From Candidatus Aminicenantes bacterium (GTDB lineage: Bacteria; Acidobacteriota; Aminicenantia; UBA2199), in the NCBI GenBank assembly GCA_029938635.1, contig JAOZUQ010000001.1:101070-165069 (forward strand): a stretch of DNA of 64,000 bases, read 5' to 3'. A program made the translations under genes and the position numbers. Within the stretch, counting starts at the first letter, position 1, and every line of letters begins with the position of its first letter. Under the pieces are notes generated by a model. It worked only from the letters and a program-made list of their open reading frames with translations. It had not been told where the DNA came from and did no database searches. Below, piece after piece: positions 48,985-59,089 of the stretch.

Positions 48985-49929
48985 TTGATAGAGATCAAAG
49001 GTACTTTAGGAAAGTATAAGATTAAAAAAAAGCTTGGAAGTGGCGGATTCGGTACCGTCTACCTTGCCGAGGATACTTTTCTAAAGAGCGACAGGGCCCT
49101 CAAGATTCCCCATGGGATCGGCTCCCAGAAAGACAAACTTTTGAAAGAATCAATGGTTCAAACCAAACTTCTTGACCATCCGAACATTGTAAAACTCCTG
49201 ACAGTAGACATGATTGACGGCAATGTCATAATGGTAATGGAATATGTCAATGGTACAAATCTCGAAAAGATAATTGACGATAAAGTAAAACTCAGTGTAA
49301 AAGTTTCACTGGCATATTTCCGCCAGATCCTCTCTGCATTAGGATATGCACACGAGAATAAAATACTCCACAGGGATATCAGGCCGTCAAATATAATGAT
49401 CGACAAAAAAAATAATGTTAAGATAACCGATTTCGGAACCGCCACCTTCCTCGAAGAGAGTCGTTATGCGACAACTAAGATCGGATCTCCACCATATATG
49501 GCACCCGAACATTTCGAGGGGAAGACCGTATTTGCATCTGACATTTATTCCTCCGGATGTCTGTTCTATGAGATGATAACAGGATTCCCTCCCATAGTCC
49601 TTGCAAATCCGATGGAGATATATAAGAGGGCTAAGGCAGGGGATTTCCCGTCTCTTATAAAAAAGATGCCCACAATCTCACCTGAACTCAGTGAAATAAT
49701 AATGAGAACCCTCTCCCCGGCAGTTTCTAACAGATATAAGAATACCGGGGCCATCCTTGCCGACCTCGATTCACTGGAGCAGAAAAAAACAGGGGATCCT
49801 TCCGAAATAAGTGATATAAAGAAAAGGATTGCGGCAAGAGATGAGAGGACAGATCATGTATGCTGGAGCTGCAGGAAGACGATCCCCCAAAAAGTAGAAA
49901 AATGTATCTATTGCGGCGCCGACCAGTAG
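48985..49929 (+). CDS. Hanks-type Ser/Thr protein kinase with C-terminal zinc ribbon
   Basis: GSGGFGTV, ALK, HRDIRPSN, DFG, YMAPE; CWSC..CIYC at the C-terminus; TTG start after GGAGG. Confidence 0.9.
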   Translation: MIEIKGTLGKYKIKKKLGSGGFGTVYLAEDTFLKSDRALKIPHGIGSQKDKLLKESMVQTKLLDHPNIVKLLTVDMIDGNVIMVMEYVNGTNLEKIIDDKVKLSVKVSLAYFRQILSALGYAHENKILHRDIRPSNIMIDKKNNVKITDFGTATFLEESRYATTKIGSPPYMAPEHFEGKTVFASDIYSSGCLFYEMITGFPPIVLANPMEIYKRAKAGDFPSLIKKMPTISPELSEIIMRTLSPAVSNRYKNTGAILADLDSLEQKKTGDPSEISDIKKRIAARDERTDHVCWSCRKTIPQKVEKCIYCGADQ

Positions 49930-49935
49930 ATAATG

Positions 49936-51348
49936 TCAGGTCACATTAAGGAACTTAAGCATATTTGTTGCACCCTTCATTGGAGTTTCCCCGGCGACAA
50001 CAAGGAGAGTATCTCCCTTTTTAAGATAGCCGTCAGCTTTAAGTTCCTGCTCCCCTTTAATTATCATATCATCTGTCTTTGATGTGAATTTTATAAGACG
50101 CGGAGAAATACCCCAGAATGCAGCCATTCTGTTCCTGATCCCCGGATCGGGAGTGAATGCAAAGACCGGGCACGGAGGCCTGTATTTGGATAATAAAAGT
50201 GCTGTACTTCCCGACCAGGAAAATACCATCAATGCCTTAACATCCATATCGAAAGCCATTTCGGCAGCTCCTTTCGCTATCGCTTCCGTATGCTGCAGTT
50301 CATAATCATCTTTTTCGATCGCATACGGGTAAAGCCTGGAACCTTCGGTAGTACCTGCGATCCTCTCCATTATGTTCACGGCTTTAACAGGATATTTCCC
50401 GACCGCCGTCTCGCCGGAGAGCATTACACAATCGGACCCATCAAGGATAGCATTCGAAACATCCGATGCTTCGGCACGGGTCGGCCTCGGGCTTGATATC
50501 ATAGACTCAAGCATCTGGGTAGCAGTGATCACAAGTTTGTTCTCCCTGTTGGCGAGGAGAATAAGTTCTTTTTGAATGATAGGAACCTTCTCGGGAAGAA
50601 CTTCTACACCGAGGTCCCCCCTCGCTATCATTATCCCGTCAAAAACATCGACGATCTCAATTATATTATCAAGGGCCCGGGGCCTCTCGATCTTGGCAAT
50701 AACGGGAATATCTGCAGAATATGTTTTCAACATCTTCCTTACAGGGACTATATTTTCGGGTGAATCTACAAAGCTCATTGCAATAAGATCCACCCCTTCT
50801 CCGATACTGAATTTAAGATCTTCCCTGTCCTTTTTTGTAAAAACCGGAATTGAAAGTCCCGAAGAGGGCAGGTTAATCCCTTTCTTTGATTTCACAACAC
50901 CGGGAGTTACAACTTTACAATCAACCGAGTTGCTTTTTACTTCTGTTACTTTCAGTTCTATATTCCCGTCATCGATCAGGATAGGGTCCCCTTTTTTTAC
51001 GATCTCAGGAAGCATAGTGAAATCTGTATAGATAGTCCCATCCCCTTTACGGGTCCCAAACGAAACAACTTTATTCTTTATCAGTTCAACCGGTTCATCC
51101 AGTTCACCCACCCTGATCTTCGGGCCGCTCAGATCAGCAAGAATTGCTGTCGGGATACCGGTATTTTTCGCTGCTGTTCTTATATTCTTTATTGATCTTT
51201 TGTGAGTTTCAAAATCGCCATGGGAGAAGTTCAGGCGGGCAACCGACATTCCACCCTTAAGCATTTTTTCAAGAACTTCGACACTTTCCGAGGAGGGACC
51301 TATAGTGCATATTATCTTTGTGAATTTTTTTTTATCCTGTGTTTTCAT
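49936..51348 (-). CDS. pyk: Pyruvate kinase
   Basis: TKIICTIGP, RLNFSHG, IAKIER, ARGDLGVE, ATQMLESM, MLSGETA. Confidence 0.97.
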   Translation of the reverse strand: MKTQDKKKFTKIICTIGPSSESVEVLEKMLKGGMSVARLNFSHGDFETHKRSIKNIRTAAKNTGIPTAILADLSGPKIRVGELDEPVELIKNKVVSFGTRKGDGTIYTDFTMLPEIVKKGDPILIDDGNIELKVTEVKSNSVDCKVVTPGVVKSKKGINLPSSGLSIPVFTKKDREDLKFSIGEGVDLIAMSFVDSPENIVPVRKMLKTYSADIPVIAKIERPRALDNIIEIVDVFDGIMIARGDLGVEVLPEKVPIIQKELILLANRENKLVITATQMLESMISSPRPTRAEASDVSNAILDGSDCVMLSGETAVGKYPVKAVNIMERIAGTTEGSRLYPYAIEKDDYELQHTEAIAKGAAEMAFDMDVKALMVFSWSGSTALLLSKYRPPCPVFAFTPDPGIRNRMAAFWGISPRLIKFTSKTDDMIIKGEQELKADGYLKKGDTLLVVAGETPMKGATNMLKFLNVT

Positions 51349-51448
51349 ACTTTGCCCCTCCGTAAGGCCGGTTTAACCCGATTTTATCTGAAAATTATAA
51401 TTAGTCAACAATTGGATCAAACAGTGAAACAATATATAATATAGTTTA

Positions 51449-53482
51449 ATGGATATAAAGATAAAAATAGAGGAGATCTCGGCAAAACTGCTGAAATATC
51501 AATACCACTATTATGTTCTTGCCGATCCCATTGTCTCCGATAATGAATATGACAGGCTTTTCGACCAACTCCTCGATATTGAGAAAAAATATCCGGAACT
51601 CACACAGAAAAATTCTCCGACAAAGAGGGTGGGATCAGATCTCGACAACACTTTTGCCGAAATGGAACATTCCGTTTCTGTCCTCAGCCTCGACAAGGAG
51701 TACACCGGGGAAGGGATTACAAAATGGGTGGATAAGATCTCTGCCGGCAGTGATATGAAGGCGGAGTATGTGGTCGAAGAGAAACTCGACGGTGCATCGA
51801 TCGTCCTCTACTATAAAAAAGGTATCCTTGAAACAGCTTTGACCAGAGGTGACGGGGTCAGGGGAAATGTGGTGACCGAGAATGTGAGAACCATAGGCCA
51901 GATCCCCCTTGTTCTCCCGGAGGAAATTGACATAGCGGTCAGGGGCGAAATATTTATAAAAAAAAGTGAATTTGAAAGATTCAATAAAAAATTTGAAAAC
52001 AAATATTCCAATCCCAGAAATCTGGCAGCGGGATCATTAAGGAACCTGAGGTCGTCAATCGTGGCCGGGGTTCCTCTCAATATGTTCGCTTATGAAGGAT
52101 ATTATAAGAACGGCAAAGGACATGTGGAAATTTTATCCGATCTGAAGGCTTTGAATTTTCCGGTAAACAAAAATCTCGCCCTATTTTCAGGAGATAAAAA
52201 TTTCCTTGATCAAATGAAAAAAGAGCTCCCCGGGATCACAACAGGATCTGTTGATAAAATTTTTGATTATATAGAAAATCATACAAAAGAGAGGGATAAG
52301 CTCGATTATGATATCGACGGACTCGTGATAAAGGTGAACGGGATAGCCCTGAGAGAAGAGCTCGGGGAAACATCGCATCATCCGAGATGGGCGATAGCTT
52401 ATAAATTTGATTCACCGGCTGCTGAAACAATATTGGAAGATATAGCTATCCAGGTCGGCAGGAACGGAAGGGTCAGCCCGGTAGCTATTCTTGCTCCTGT
52501 GCAGATAGCAGGAAGTATCGTAGCGAGAGCAACACTACACAATCAGGAGTATATAGATATTCTAGAATTGGGAATCGGGGACAGGGTCTCGATCTCAAAG
52601 CGGGGGGATATAATCCCGGCGGTGGAGAGGGTGATAGAGAAGGATGAAAAAGATCCTTCCATTTATAAAATAAGGTCCGATTGTCCTTTCTGCGGGACAG
52701 AATTCGTCAAGGACGGGGCACACCATTTTTGTAAGAATACCGAATGTCCGGAGAGGCTCAGGCGGTCGATAGTTTTTTTTGTAGCAAAGGGGCAGATGGA
52801 TATAGATACCCTGGGGGAAAAGACTATAGAGTTCCTCCTGGAAAAGGGATTTATTAAAAGCATTCCTGATATTTATTCTTTTGATCAAAACAAACTTCTC
52901 GGTGAAGAGGGATTCAAAGAGAAGAAGATAGATAATATTAAAAACAGTATTGAAGAGAGTAAAGGGAACGATTTTGCCACGGTTTTCACTGCCCTCGGAT
53001 TTGAGGGGATAGGAAAGGTAGCAGTATCCGATCTGATAAAGAACGGCTTTGATTCCTTCGATAAGATAAGGGAAGCTGCGGAGACCGGTGATATTGAACT
53101 ATTTTCAGATATCCCGGGATTCGGAGATATCACAGCTCGGTTTTTGATAGAACATTTTTCAGATAAAGATAAATTAAAACTTATAGACGACCTTGCAGAT
53201 GCCGGATTAAGAATGAGAGCCGAAGAGAGAAAAAATCCTGAAGAGGAACAGGTGTTCGCCGGGGATATCTGGGTGATCACGGGAAGTTTTGAAAATTTTA
53301 ATCCGAGATCTATTGCAGCTGAGGAAATAGAGAAGAGGGGCGGAAAAGTAACAAATACCGTCACCTCAAAGACAACTCATCTCCTGGCCGGGCCGGGAGC
53401 AGGATCAAAACTGGACAAAGCGGAAAAACTCAAAATAAAAATAATTAATGAAAAAACATTTATAAAATTGCTGAAACCATGA
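51449..53482 (+). CDS. ligA: NAD-dependent DNA ligase
   Basis: EKLDG, TRGDG, NPRN, WAIAYKF, C4 zinc finger, BRCT (AGSKL.KA). Confidence 0.96.
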   Translation: MDIKIKIEEISAKLLKYQYHYYVLADPIVSDNEYDRLFDQLLDIEKKYPELTQKNSPTKRVGSDLDNTFAEMEHSVSVLSLDKEYTGEGITKWVDKISAGSDMKAEYVVEEKLDGASIVLYYKKGILETALTRGDGVRGNVVTENVRTIGQIPLVLPEEIDIAVRGEIFIKKSEFERFNKKFENKYSNPRNLAAGSLRNLRSSIVAGVPLNMFAYEGYYKNGKGHVEILSDLKALNFPVNKNLALFSGDKNFLDQMKKELPGITTGSVDKIFDYIENHTKERDKLDYDIDGLVIKVNGIALREELGETSHHPRWAIAYKFDSPAAETILEDIAIQVGRNGRVSPVAILAPVQIAGSIVARATLHNQEYIDILELGIGDRVSISKRGDIIPAVERVIEKDEKDPSIYKIRSDCPFCGTEFVKDGAHHFCKNTECPERLRRSIVFFVAKGQMDIDTLGEKTIEFLLEKGFIKSIPDIYSFDQNKLLGEEGFKEKKIDNIKNSIEESKGNDFATVFTALGFEGIGKVAVSDLIKNGFDSFDKIREAAETGDIELFSDIPGFGDITARFLIEHFSDKDKLKLIDDLADAGLRMRAEERKNPEEEQVFAGDIWVITGSFENFNPRSIAAEEIEKRGGKVTNTVTSKTTHLLAGPGAGSKLDKAEKLKIKIINEKTFIKLLKP

Positions 53483-53674
53483 TATGATTCGACCTTGATA
53501 TTTTTTTTGTTCAACGTTTAACAAAACAAAAAAATTAAATGAATTTTATTATGACACATTGTTTACTAATAACTTTAGTTCTTACCTTCAGCATCTTTAG
53601 CAAAGCAAAAATAAATTTATTAACATTAACCCCCGAATCTGCTCTTACCTTCGGAAGGGCTGGAAAGAGATAAA

Positions 53675-54376
53675 ATGAAGATCTGGAAATATTTGCTCAT
53701 ATTAGCAATGACTACATTTATTGTTTATTGTTTAGCAGGTGAAAAAGAAACCTTCGTATTATGTCTCGGTGACAGTATCACGGATAGCGAATGGGGAAAT
53801 TACCCGACACACCTGAACAAATTATTTGTAAAAAGAGATGTAGCATATACCGCGATTTCGCGTGGAATACCAGGAAATACTTCGGGAGAATATTTAGAGT
53901 TCTTTTCGAAGTCAAAAATGATGAAAAAATTCAGGCCTAAAGTAATCGTTATAATGCTCGGTACAAATGATGTCAGGATCGATCATGACAGAACTTCGAC
54001 AAAAAAATTCAAAAAAAATATGTCGGAAATTATAAATATAATCAAGGCATTTGAAAAAAAGGAAAAGTATAAAATAGATGTATATCTCTGCACGATCCCG
54101 CCGATCTTCACCACCGATCTCAATACATTTACCAAAGAATCAGCAATAAGGGTAAATGAGGAAATCGTTCCGGCTATTGAAGAGTTATCGGTTGAACACG
54201 ATCTGGAATTGATCGACCTCCACTCGGTCTTTGAAAGGAACAAGGACCTCCTCCCAGGAATCCACCCGTCCCCGGGCGGCTACTACAAGATAGGCAAAGT
54301 AATATTCAACCGGATCATGCGCGACTCCCGGACAAGCATCCTGCCATGCAGCGGAGACACCTGCAATATAAATTAG
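53675..54376 (+). CDS. SGNH/GDSL hydrolase, exported
   Basis: LGDSIT, G..G, LGTND, GIHP. Confidence 0.85.
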   Translation: MKIWKYLLILAMTTFIVYCLAGEKETFVLCLGDSITDSEWGNYPTHLNKLFVKRDVAYTAISRGIPGNTSGEYLEFFSKSKMMKKFRPKVIVIMLGTNDVRIDHDRTSTKKFKKNMSEIINIIKAFEKKEKYKIDVYLCTIPPIFTTDLNTFTKESAIRVNEEIVPAIEELSVEHDLELIDLHSVFERNKDLLPGIHPSPGGYYKIGKVIFNRIMRDSRTSILPCSGDTCNIN

Positions 54377-54458
54377 CCTGAAGTTGCAGGAATAACATCA
54401 GAAGCTAAACCTGGCCTACAGCCATCAGCTTTCAGCTCCAGCAAAAACAAAATTTTAT

Positions 54459-54558
54459 GTAGGGGCGACTCCCCGTCACACTCTCTAAAGCACTGGTGAT
54501 TCTATGGTCGCCCATATTTACAAGAATTATAGAACAGGATAGACGCGAGGCCTACCCC
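54459..54558. repeat. GTAG-type REP pair (REPIN-like)
   Basis: GTAGGGGCGAC...GTCGCCC, then a degenerate inverted unit GGATAGAC-GCGAG-GCCTACCCC. Confidence 0.6.
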
Positions 54559-54592
54559 TTGTACTGAATATTTCAAGATTCGGGCAGGCTAC

Positions 54593-54625
54593 AATCATGG
54601 CAATCATGTGAATCATGGTTCAGAC
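54593..54625 (+). repeat. 9-nt period AATCATG tandem repeat ending GGTTCAGAC
   Basis: AATCATG at 54593, 54602 and 54611; overlaps the methyltransferase stop codon. Confidence 0.6.
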
Positions 54626-55288
54626 TATAATTTCACAAAATACAGAAGATTCATCCACTTCATATACCTTTGCCTGCAAATCCAGGCTTGAGGCCATTTT
54701 CATGAAGTCTTTTTCAGTATATGTTGTTGCCATGAATCCATCTTCACAGACTATATTTCCATTCCCGGTTTTTTTTTGATCAATCTTCCCTATCAACCCG
54801 AGATCAGCCTGTACTTCGAACCATTCAAGCCTGGTTTCCCAGATCTTTTCCGAATAACTTGAAAAGAGGATAGAACCTCCACTCCGGGTTACCCTGACCG
54901 TTTCACTGATCAATTTTTCCGGATCCGACTTGAATGCGGATATCCCGTTCTGGACACAGATGACAAGATCAAAAATATCATCTTTGAATTTCAGGTCAGC
55001 CGCATCCATAACAAAGAATTCCATATTTGATCTTCCTCTGCAAATTTCTCCGGCAAGTTCTATATTATCTTCCGAAATATCGATCCCGGTCACTTTCCCG
55101 GCCTTGTCAGCCAGCCTTACCGCTACCCTTCCATAACCGCATCCCAGATCCAGAACCGATGAACCTTCCTGCGCCTTATCCAGAACATGAAGGATCTCGG
55201 CCTCAAGGAATTGCTTTATCCTTGGTGTAGAAACCTCATAACACTTCACAAGCCGGGCTGAATTTAATGATTTTGAATAATAGTCCAT
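54620..55288 (-). CDS. Class I SAM-dependent methyltransferase
   Basis: VLDLGCGYGR, GIDIS, DA..L.F..FDLV. Confidence 0.88.
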   Translation of the reverse strand: MDYYSKSLNSARLVKCYEVSTPRIKQFLEAEILHVLDKAQEGSSVLDLGCGYGRVAVRLADKAGKVTGIDISEDNIELAGEICRGRSNMEFFVMDAADLKFKDDIFDLVICVQNGISAFKSDPEKLISETVRVTRSGGSILFSSYSEKIWETRLEWFEVQADLGLIGKIDQKKTGNGNIVCEDGFMATTYTEKDFMKMASSLDLQAKVYEVDESSVFCEIIV

Positions 55289-55297
55289 AAAATAAAA

Positions 55298-58200
55298 TTA
55301 TTTACCGATGACTTCAGGCACTGTTTCCAGGTTGTAATCTATGTGATCTTCAGGTAATAATTTTATAACCTCATCAACCAGCTCTCTTAATTCGACAATA
55401 TAATAGTTTGCTACATTAATATTCTTTTCAATATCATCAATGCTGATAATAAAACGGAGCTGGGTGCCGTCTTTTACCCCTTTGTAATAATAATTCTCTT
55501 TAAATTCATCCAATGGGAATCCCGAGAGAAACTCTTTTATCCCCGATGACTCTTCATGGGTTAGAACCCGATTAATAAGTGTATAGTCCTTCTGATTTAG
55601 CACAATAGATGATTCACTCATCAATTGTTCATGGGTAACAATAATCCTGATGTTCTCCCGCCCGAAATAATATTTAATGATCTCGATCTTAAACTTTTTA
55701 ATATCTTTATTCATATTTTCTGCCTCTCTGTTCTCTAATCTATGCTTGTCCTTTTCCTTACTTTCACGGTACATATCCGCCACGTTATCTATCTTCGGAG
55801 ATCTTTTGACCGCCTTCCAATCAAATTTTTCATCAAATGGGTCAAGCGCTTTTTGAGGCTCGAAAATCCTACTATCAACTGCTATAGCATCATAAGGTTT
55901 GTAATCTGGAGTATCTGTGAAAAAATCAGCCAGATCAGTAGCTCCGGCATCATACTGATTTAAGTACGGAAGGGCCAGAATATTCCAGAATGTCTTGAAC
56001 AAACTGCCGAAACTATAATGAACATGACTTACATAATCCCTTTTTACCCATGGGGAAACAATCATAAGCAAACTGCGGTGAGCATCAATATGATCTACAC
56101 CATTTTGTGCATCATCTTCTGTTATGACGATCAACATACTTTTCCAATAAGGTGTCCTTGAAAGATATTCCACAATACGGCCGACAGCCAGATCATTATC
56201 CGCCATATAACTCTCGCGGAAAGGGTAACCTGCATCAGGGCGATCGCCTGCTCCATGGTCATTTGGAATGATCACCGTAATAAATTCCGGCATTGTATCA
56301 CTGCCTGTAATCCATTTTTTATCAAACTCCTTTATAAACTGATCTATTCTGAATTGATCAGGAATTGCCATATTATATGTCGGGTACATTCTGGAAGTAC
56401 GTTCAAAAAGGGGCTGCGGAACCGGATAATTTATATAATGTTTAATTCCTGTATATTTATACTCAACCTTATAAAGTCCCGGTTCGAACATTATGCTGAA
56501 GCCGAAATTATAGAACCGGACATCATGACGTTCCAGATGATCCCACATGGACCCTGCTTCATTATAATCTTCCGGATAAATTGCACCGGCAGTCCCATTC
56601 ATCCCAAACACCCCAGGTGCCTTCGAATTTTCCCGATAATTACGATTATTGCCATAACTGGCTGCAGTTGACGTTTCACACCACTCATTCGGGTATGTGT
56701 TTACCAGCCAGCGGTGTCCATCAGCAGACACATCAGAATCGACATAAAAATTATCTGAAATGGCAAACTGCCCGGCGAGTGCCAGATGATTGGGCATAAC
56801 CACAGCATTGGAAACAGAGCTTGTCTTATCTCTGTTTGAAAACGTCGCACCTTTTCCATATCTTGCCAACGACGGATCACCTTCAGTATTTTTTATCTGC
56901 CCGAAAACTTCATCATAGGTTCTGTTTTCCTTTGAAATAAAAACAATGTGATGAATAGGGCTGATCTTTTCTCCGGGGAATAATGGAATTGGATTGCTCT
57001 TCCTACTTTTAAAAACCGGATCATCGGCTTTTCTGAATTTAAAATTATTCGAAATGACCTGTGCAGTCAATTTTTTCAATTGTTGATCATCAGGAATCTC
57101 CACTACCTGAATGGTCCCTTTCATTAAGGAACCGATGTAACTTCCCTCCGGTCCCCTTTCAAAAGCTGCCCCCCCGTTCGGACCGCTCCCATATCCCTTT
57201 GCATTGGCGATAATCAGATATTTTCCGTTTTTGCTGACTTCGACCTTTGAGGGAAACCAGCCCGTCGGAATATGACCTAGAACTTTCAGATCTACAGCAT
57301 TTATAACTGCAACTGCATTTATTCCCGACTCTGCAACATATAACCTTTTCCTGTCCGGACTTAACGCCAGGCCGAAAGGGATTACCCCCCTGAACTGTTT
57401 TATCCGGTTTTCAGGTTTAAGATATATAGTGTCGACCACATTATCTTCTTTCAAAGAAATTACAGAGATACTATCATTTGTACCATTGCTGACAAATACA
57501 TATTTATCATTTGCAACAATTGAGTTGGGACTGGATCCTCCAACTGCCGGGATCCCCTCTACTAATGCGCCCACCAAATGTCCGGTTTTTATTCTGCCAA
57601 CAACTACCGGATCTGTTTTAGACTTAAGATCAATAACAAAAACAGAGAACGCCTCAATAGCATTCGGATCACCAAGGCCGGGAATTGACACCGACTCATT
57701 TTGTATCCCCTCAATCATCTCTTTTGAACCATAGGGGAAAGGGGGGAAATCTATTGGTTTTACTTTAGATCTATCCCCCGATCCCCCTCTTATCAGAGAA
57801 TATTCAAACATTCCAACATTGGCTACATAAATTTTTCTCTCATCAGGAGAGAGACAGATACCGAACGGGTAACGTCCCACAGGGACAGAGTGTTTCAGAG
57901 TTCCGGCAATTGTGTCTATAACAACCACTCTGAATCCAATCTGATCCACTGCATAGAGAGTTTTGCCATCCTTTGTTAATTTCAGGTCACCTATATATCC
58001 ATGTGAATAATCTACTTTCTCAGAAATATAAGAACAGTCTATAACACCCGTCCTCTCCCCGGAATTGACATCGAACAAATATATCCTGTTTGCCTGCCCA
58101 CCTGCAACATAAATTGTTTTATTGTCAGGTGATATTGCCAGACCCATAAACACAGAGGCCAATACTCCCTTATCGGAAGAAGGACCGGGCGGTATCTGCT

Positions 58201-58513
58201 TTACTTCAGGATGTGATGATAAAATATTTCGGACAATGGTAATTGATAGTGGATCTACCCCGGAATTTGAAGTGACTACAGTTTGCCCGTCCGGACTGAG
58301 AGTCAATCCATAAGGATGAGGTGCAGTTATTATACTTTTCCCTGAGGGGGTAATATATCTGCCATTAGGGATCACCGTTCTTCCGTTCTTATTGATATTT
58401 GTAAATTCATCTCCTGCAGGTGCTGATATTATCCATAAACCCTTATGCTTTGAATTATCCTGCAGACAACTCAACGTTAAAAACACCATTATCAGAAGTA
58501 CAATTTTTTTCAT
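55298..58513 (-). CDS. YVTN/YncE beta-propeller + phosphoesterase (phospholipase C-like) lipoprotein with extra C-terminal domain
   Basis: Lipobox LTLSC; VG..P.G..LSPD repeats; KENRTYD, DNFY, SADGH, PNDH, EDDAQNGVDHIDAHR. Confidence 0.85.
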   Translation of the reverse strand: MKKIVLLIMVFLTLSCLQDNSKHKGLWIISAPAGDEFTNINKNGRTVIPNGRYITPSGKSIITAPHPYGLTLSPDGQTVVTSNSGVDPLSITIVRNILSSHPEVKQIPPGPSSDKGVLASVFMGLAISPDNKTIYVAGGQANRIYLFDVNSGERTGVIDCSYISEKVDYSHGYIGDLKLTKDGKTLYAVDQIGFRVVVIDTIAGTLKHSVPVGRYPFGICLSPDERKIYVANVGMFEYSLIRGGSGDRSKVKPIDFPPFPYGSKEMIEGIQNESVSIPGLGDPNAIEAFSVFVIDLKSKTDPVVVGRIKTGHLVGALVEGIPAVGGSSPNSIVANDKYVFVSNGTNDSISVISLKEDNVVDTIYLKPENRIKQFRGVIPFGLALSPDRKRLYVAESGINAVAVINAVDLKVLGHIPTGWFPSKVEVSKNGKYLIIANAKGYGSGPNGGAAFERGPEGSYIGSLMKGTIQVVEIPDDQQLKKLTAQVISNNFKFRKADDPVFKSRKSNPIPLFPGEKISPIHHIVFISKENRTYDEVFGQIKNTEGDPSLARYGKGATFSNRDKTSSVSNAVVMPNHLALAGQFAISDNFYVDSDVSADGHRWLVNTYPNEWCETSTAASYGNNRNYRENSKAPGVFGMNGTAGAIYPEDYNEAGSMWDHLERHDVRFYNFGFSIMFEPGLYKVEYKYTGIKHYINYPVPQPLFERTSRMYPTYNMAIPDQFRIDQFIKEFDKKWITGSDTMPEFITVIIPNDHGAGDRPDAGYPFRESYMADNDLAVGRIVEYLSRTPYWKSMLIVITEDDAQNGVDHIDAHRSLLMIVSPWVKRDYVSHVHYSFGSLFKTFWNILALPYLNQYDAGATDLADFFTDTPDYKPYDAIAVDSRIFEPQKALDPFDEKFDWKAVKRSPKIDNVADMYRESKEKDKHRLENREAENMNKDIKKFKIEIIKYYFGRENIRIIVTHEQLMSESSIVLNQKDYTLINRVLTHEESSGIKEFLSGFPLDEFKENYYYKGVKDGTQLRFIISIDDIEKNINVANYYIVELRELVDEVIKLLPEDHIDYNLETVPEVIGK

Positions 58514-58728
58514 TTATTCCCCATCCAGTGCAATAATTATACCTATAATAGAAATTAATAGAAGAGGGGATGGAATCACCAACGCCTAGTGATATATTTT
58601 TTTGTTTTTGGCTGGGACTAAGCACTTTTTAAATGGGTCAGACACAATTGTTCGCCTGAAATAAAAAAATGATTATAATTCATCTTTTTGTTAAAGAATT
58701 ACGTATATATTATATGACGGAGGGAAAT

Positions 58729-59064
58729 ATGGAGATAACAAAAAGAAATAATGGAGATATTACAATACTTGATCTGGACGGAAAATTACTTACAGGAAAT
58801 GATGTAGGATATTACAGAGATGTATTCGACACATTGATAAAAGGCGGAGAATCAAAGGTTATATTAAATTTTGCAAATCTCAGCATGATGGACTCAACTG
58901 GATTGGGGGAACTTACCCGGTCTTATACAAAAGCAAAGAATAATGGCGGAATGGTAAAACTGGTAAACATGACCGCAAGGATCAAGGATATCCTGTATGT
59001 CACAAAACTGATAACAGTTTTTGACACCTACGAGAATGAGGAAGATGCCGTTAACAGTTTTTAA
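58729..59064 (+). CDS. STAS-domain anti-sigma factor antagonist
   Basis: DSTGLG phospho-Ser motif; start revised to ATG 58729 after SD GGAGGG. Confidence 0.9.
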   Translation: MEITKRNNGDITILDLDGKLLTGNDVGYYRDVFDTLIKGGESKVILNFANLSMMDSTGLGELTRSYTKAKNNGGMVKLVNMTARIKDILYVTKLITVFDTYENEEDAVNSF

Positions 59065-59089
59065 TAGTTAATAATTCTGAATTCCGGAT

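Noticed and set aside
53578-53662. Duplicated TCTTACCTTC and a small hairpin upstream of the GDSL gene
   Set aside because: Only 10 nt repeated twice; too weak to call.
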